Source: an uncultured Pelagibacteraceae bacterium (GTDB lineage Bacteria > Pseudomonadota > Alphaproteobacteria > Pelagibacterales > AG-422-B15). From it: a DNA stretch of 64,000 bases. The translations under genes and the position numbers were made by a program. Under the pieces are notes generated by a model that did not search any database, was not told the origin of the DNA, and saw nothing but the letters and a program-made list of their open reading frames with translations. The stretch is taken from the NCBI GenBank assembly GCA_902526005.1, contig CABZIW010000001.1, positions 94,988 through 158,987 of the forward strand, written 5' to 3'. This document shows, piece after piece, positions 59,937 through 64,000 of the stretch. How positions within the stretch are numbered: position 1 is the stretch's first letter; each line of letters begins with the position of its first letter.

Positions 59937-61384
59937 TTTTTTTCTGTTAAAAGAGAAAACTGTTTTGATACATTCCCCTTTTCACGATCAATTAAACTTG
60001 TGGGGTACTCGCCTGTAAAACAATGATCAGTAAATTGAGGTTGGTCAGGATTTCTGTTCTCATAGCCCATAGCTCTATAAGTGCCCTCTATTGATAAGAA
60101 AAATAATGATTTAGATCCAATAGTCTTACTAATTTCTTCAATACTATTTTTTGACGCAATAAGTTCATTATAATCTGGAGTATCTATACCATAAAAATCA
60201 GGATGCTTTATCGGAGGGCATGCTATACCTAAATGTACTTCTTTCGCACCTGCATCATAAATCATTTTAATTATTTTTTTTGCTGTAGTTCCCCTTACAA
60301 TAGAGTCATCGATTAAAATAATTTTTTTATTTTTAATATAAGATACATTAGCGTTATGTTTAAGCTTAACACCAAATTGTCTGATACTTTGGGATGGCTC
60401 GATAAATGTTCTTCCAACATAGTGATTTCTAATTATACCTAGTTCAAATGGCGTATTTGACTGCTGTGCATAGCCAAGGGCGGCTGGAACTCCTGAGTCA
60501 GGAACAGGTACAACTGTATCTGCATCAACATAATGTTCTTTTGCTAATTCTATTCCAAGATTTTTTCTATAAGTATAAACTGTGTTTCCTCCTAGCATAC
60601 TGTCAGGACGAGAAAAATAGATTCTCTCAAAAATACATGGTCTTTCTGCAACTTTTGGGAAAGGTCTAATGCTTTCCATCCCTTTTTCTGAAATTATTAT
60701 TATTTCTCCATTTTCAATTTCTCTGACAAATTTTGCACCGATAATATCAAGAGCACACGATTCTGAAGCTAGAACTGGGGCCCCATTGAGGTCACCAAGA
60801 ACTAAAGGCCTTATTCCATAAGGATCTCTTACACCAATAAGTTTTTTGTTTGTAAGAATAACAAGTGAATAGGCCCCATGGATTTGAAATAAAGCATCTA
60901 TAAGTTTATCAACTATTTGCTTTCTCTCAGACTGCGCTACTAATTGCAAAATTGTTTCAGTATCAGATGTAGATTGAAAAATTGATCCGCGACTGACAAG
61001 TTTTTCTCTTAAAGCTGAAGCATTTGTGAGATTTCCATTATGAGCACATGCAAAGCCACCTGACATTAAATCTGCATACAACGGCTGAATATTTTTTAAA
61101 ATTGAGTCACCAGTTGTAGAATATCGAACGTGACCAATTGCATTGCTACCCTGCAACCTATTAATCACCTCTTGTTTATTAAAGTGATCCCCAACAAGTC
61201 CTGGCCTTCTAACGCCGTGAAATTTTTCTCCATCAAATGAAACAATTCCTGCACCTTCTTGACCACGATGTTGTAAGGCATGTAATCCTAAGGCAGTAAG
61301 TGCGGAAGCGTCTGGGCTTCCAAATATACCAAATACACCACATTCTTCATGAAGTTTATCTTCTGAAGTATTAATGTATTCCAT
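59933..61384 (-). CDS. purF: amidophosphoribosyltransferase
   Basis: Ntn Cys in ECGVFGIFG, HRGQEGAGI, PRTase loop ILIDDSIVRGTT. Confidence 0.95.
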   Translation of the reverse strand: MEYINTSEDKLHEECGVFGIFGSPDASALTALGLHALQHRGQEGAGIVSFDGEKFHGVRRPGLVGDHFNKQEVINRLQGSNAIGHVRYSTTGDSILKNIQPLYADLMSGGFACAHNGNLTNASALREKLVSRGSIFQSTSDTETILQLVAQSERKQIVDKLIDALFQIHGAYSLVILTNKKLIGVRDPYGIRPLVLGDLNGAPVLASESCALDIIGAKFVREIENGEIIIISEKGMESIRPFPKVAERPCIFERIYFSRPDSMLGGNTVYTYRKNLGIELAKEHYVDADTVVPVPDSGVPAALGYAQQSNTPFELGIIRNHYVGRTFIEPSQSIRQFGVKLKHNANVSYIKNKKIILIDDSIVRGTTAKKIIKMIYDAGAKEVHLGIACPPIKHPDFYGIDTPDYNELIASKNSIEEISKTIGSKSLFFLSIEGTYRAMGYENRNPDQPQFTDHCFTGEYPTSLIDREKGNVSKQFSLLTEKN

Positions 61385-61399
61385 TAATGAAACCTTTGT

Positions 61400-63469
61400 T
61401 TAGATTTCAGCATCCTTTATTGATAATTTAACCTTGCCTTTATCAAAACCGATTACTTTGACTTTCACTATATCACCTTCACTTACAACGTCAGTAACTT
61501 TCTCAACTCTCTCTTCAGATAGTTGTGAAATATGAACAAGCCCGTCCCTTTTACCAAAGAAATTAACAAATGCGCCAAATTCCATAATTTTAACAACCTT
61601 ACCCTCATAAACCTGACCAACTTCTGGTTCTTCAATAATTGAGTTTATTAATTCAATTGCGGCTTGAATTGATTCATTATTGGTTCCAGCTATTTTTACA
61701 TTTCCACTATCACTAATATCGATTCTTGCTCCAGATTTTTCAATTATATCTTTTATGGTTGCGCCACCTTTTCCAATGATTTCGCCAATATTATCTCTTT
61801 TGACTTTCATCATTTCAACTCTTGGTGTGTAAGGTCCAAGCTCAGTTCTTGGAGAGTCTAACGCTTTATTCATTTCATTTAAGATGTATTCTCTTCCACC
61901 TTTAGCTTGGTCGAGAGCTTTTTCCATAATTTCATATGTAATTCCGGTGATTTTAATATCCATCTGCAATGAGGTAACACCGTCTTTAGTACCTGCTACT
62001 TTAAAATCCATATCACCTAAATGATCTTCATCACCCAGAATATCAGATAATACAGCAAAATCATCGCCCTCTTTAATTAATCCCATTGCTATACCTGAAA
62101 CTGAGTTTTTGATGGGAACTCCAGCATCCATCAGGGCAAGTGAAGATCCACAAACAGTCGCCATCGATGATGAACCATTTGATTCAGTAATATCTGATAC
62201 TAAGCGGATTGTATAATCAAAATCCTCTTTATTAGGCAATACTGCTTTAAGGGCTCTCCAAGCTAATTTACCATGACCAATTTCTCTTCTACCTGCTGAA
62301 CCCATTCTTCCAACCTCACCAACTGAATATGGAGGAAAATTATAATGAAGCATGAAATTTTCTTTATAAGAACCTTGAAGTGCCTCAATTCTTTGCTCAT
62401 CTTCTCCAAATCCTAGCGTTGCAACAACTATTGCCTGTGTTTCACCTCTAGTAAACAAAGACGATCCATGTGTTCTGGGCAACCATGAGACTTCTGAAGA
62501 AATATCTCTTACTTCATCAAGCTTACGCCCGTCAATTCTAGATTTGTCATTCAAAATTTGAGATCTGACCAAATCTTTTTCAATTTTTTTGAAATATGAC
62601 ATTACTTCATTAATATTTTTATCTTCAATGTCAGCGTATTTTTCTTCTACAGCAGACTTAATTTCGCTTAAAGAGTTTTGCCTTTCCATCTTATCAACAA
62701 TTGAATAGCTTTTTTTGATTTGATCTTCGAATTCACTTTTGAGCTCATTAATCAACTCATCGTTAACAATGTATTCAAATTCCCATGGATCTCTAGCGCA
62801 CTCCTCAGCAAGATTAATAATTATTTTTATGACTTCTTGCATTGACTCGTGTCCAAATTTGACTGCACCCAACATAATTTCCTCAGAAAGTTCTTTAGCT
62901 TCAGACTCTACCATCAGAACAGCATCTTGAGTTCCAGATACGACAAGGTCTAATTGAGTTTCTTCATTAATTTTTGGATTTAATATGTAATCTTTTCCGT
63001 CATAACCAACTCTACATCCACCAATTGGTCCCATGAATGGTATTCCGGATAATGTCAAGGCGCTAGAAGCTGCTATCATTGCAACTATGTCAGGGTTTGT
63101 TTCCGTATCGTGTGACAATACAGTTAAAATAACTTGAGTTTCGTTTTTGAATCCCTCAGGAAATAATGGTCTTATAGGTCTATCAATTAATCTTGAAGTA
63201 AGTGTTTCAAATTCAGTAGGCCTACCTTCACGTTTAAAAAAGCCCCCTGGAATTTTACCTGCAGCATAAAATTTTTCTTGATAACTGACAGTTAATGGAA
63301 AAAAATCAATGTCGGGTTTTGCAGTTTTAGCAGCTACGACATTAGCCATAACAACTGTGTCTCCGTAACTAACTATTGTTGAAGCAGTTGCTTGTTTTGC
63401 TACCTTTCCTGTTTCTATTTTTAATACTTGGTTTCCCCAATTCATTTCTCTTGAAATAGCTTTTTCCAT
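61400..63469 (-). CDS. pnp: polyribonucleotide nucleotidyltransferase
   Basis: 689 aa with two RNase PH domains, a KH domain ([11 protein letters not shown]) and an S1 domain ([17 protein letters not shown]). Confidence 0.96.
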   Translation of the reverse strand: MEKAISREMNWGNQVLKIETGKVAKQATASTIVSYGDTVVMANVVAAKTAKPDIDFFPLTVSYQEKFYAAGKIPGGFFKREGRPTEFETLTSRLIDRPIRPLFPEGFKNETQVILTVLSHDTETNPDIVAMIAASSALTLSGIPFMGPIGGCRVGYDGKDYILNPKINEETQLDLVVSGTQDAVLMVESEAKELSEEIMLGAVKFGHESMQEVIKIIINLAEECARDPWEFEYIVNDELINELKSEFEDQIKKSYSIVDKMERQNSLSEIKSAVEEKYADIEDKNINEVMSYFKKIEKDLVRSQILNDKSRIDGRKLDEVRDISSEVSWLPRTHGSSLFTRGETQAIVVATLGFGEDEQRIEALQGSYKENFMLHYNFPPYSVGEVGRMGSAGRREIGHGKLAWRALKAVLPNKEDFDYTIRLVSDITESNGSSSMATVCGSSLALMDAGVPIKNSVSGIAMGLIKEGDDFAVLSDILGDEDHLGDMDFKVAGTKDGVTSLQMDIKITGITYEIMEKALDQAKGGREYILNEMNKALDSPRTELGPYTPRVEMMKVKRDNIGEIIGKGGATIKDIIEKSGARIDISDSGNVKIAGTNNESIQAAIELINSIIEEPEVGQVYEGKVVKIMEFGAFVNFFGKRDGLVHISQLSEERVEKVTDVVSEGDIVKVKVIGFDKGKVKLSIKDAEI

Positions 63470-63507
63470 ATTCTTTCATTCCTCTAAAATTTTTATTTAT
63501 CATTGTT

Positions 63508-63777
63508 TTATTTTCTAATACCGAGCTTTTCTATTAATTTCTCGTAAGATTCCTTATTGCTTTTTTTTAAGTATGCTAGCAAGCTCCGCCTTTGATTTAT
63601 AAGTCTCATAAGACCAGTTCTTGAATGATTATCTTTTTTATGTGACTGAAAATGTTCAGTTAAATTAGATATTCTCTCACTAAGAATAGCTATTTGTACC
63701 TCTGGGGATCCTGTATCTTTTTCAGATCTCGCATATTCATCAATTATCTTAGTCTTATTTTCTCTATTTATCGACAT
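63508..63777 (-). CDS. rpsO: 30S ribosomal protein S15
   Basis: [22 protein letters not shown]...[23 protein letters not shown] at 63777; the track start 63780 is GTG. Confidence 0.93.
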   Translation of the reverse strand: MSINRENKTKIIDEYARSEKDTGSPEVQIAILSERISNLTEHFQSHKKDNHSRTGLMRLINQRRSLLAYLKKSNKESYEKLIEKLGIRK

Positions 63778-63788
63778 CACTGTTCCTT

Positions 63789-64000
63789 TTATAAATTAAA
63801 AACCCTCACAGGTTTTATTTTACCCTCAATAGCTTTACCTATACCTACAAACTTTGTATTTGTTTCAATTAATAAATAATCATTTTCAGATTTTTTACTA
63901 AAATACTCAAAGCTAAGACCATTTCGAAATTTACGACTTAATTCCTGATCGATCAATACTGCTGGGATGTCGTCCAGTACATCTCTAATTGAATGCATTA
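63789..64000 (-). CDS. truB: tRNA pseudouridine-55 synthase, C-terminal fragment (gene continues past the right edge)
   Basis: The open frame reaches the window edge. The C-terminal PUA-like tail ...[21 protein letters not shown] and the position upstream of rpsO-pnp fit truB. Confidence 0.75.
   Translation of the reverse strand, partial: MHSIRDVLDDIPAVLIDQELSRKFRNGLSFEYFSKKSENDYLLIETNTKFVGIGKAIEGKIKPVRVFNL

Overview
This is a strongly AT-rich, very gene-dense chromosomal segment from a streamlined alphaproteobacterium. Composition and several alphaproteobacterial synteny blocks (pckA/chvI-chvG/ahcY, irr/fabA-fabB-fabI, mutM/ubiE-ubiB-coaBC-dut, regB-regA, tsaE-amgK-murU) suggest a SAR11/Pelagibacterales-like marine oligotroph; that taxon call is inference. 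I recognise about 60 CDS. They include the replication cluster dnaA-dnaN-recF-gyrB, polA, pnp/rpsO/truB, a Liv-type (HAAT) ABC transporter, amtB, ahcY, pckA, purF, umuDC and two two-component systems. I found no rRNA, tRNA, CRISPR array, transposase or integrase. Intergenic DNA is almost absent, and 8 of 10 convergent gene junctions overlap. The few long spacers therefore stand out, and they carry clear regulatory signals. The candidates I consider most worth follow-up are: (1) an MMPL/RND exporter divergent from an orphan di-iron oxygenase-like gene, sharing a spacer with a perfect 11-bp inverted repeat; (2) an irr gene next to a rubrerythrin / Fe-S CCG protein / DUF3501 operon, preceded by a near-perfect Irr iron-control element; (3) a Cys-rich exported DUF3604 metallo-hydrolase divergent from a degenerate-parvulin chaperone and an extended HupE/UreJ-like protein; (4) umuDC with an alpha-type SOS box and promoter lying inside the ORF-track start of umuD; (5) a HIGH-motif nucleotidyltransferase fused to a type-II PMI cupin. 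All functional calls come from motif reading by eye, with no database search.
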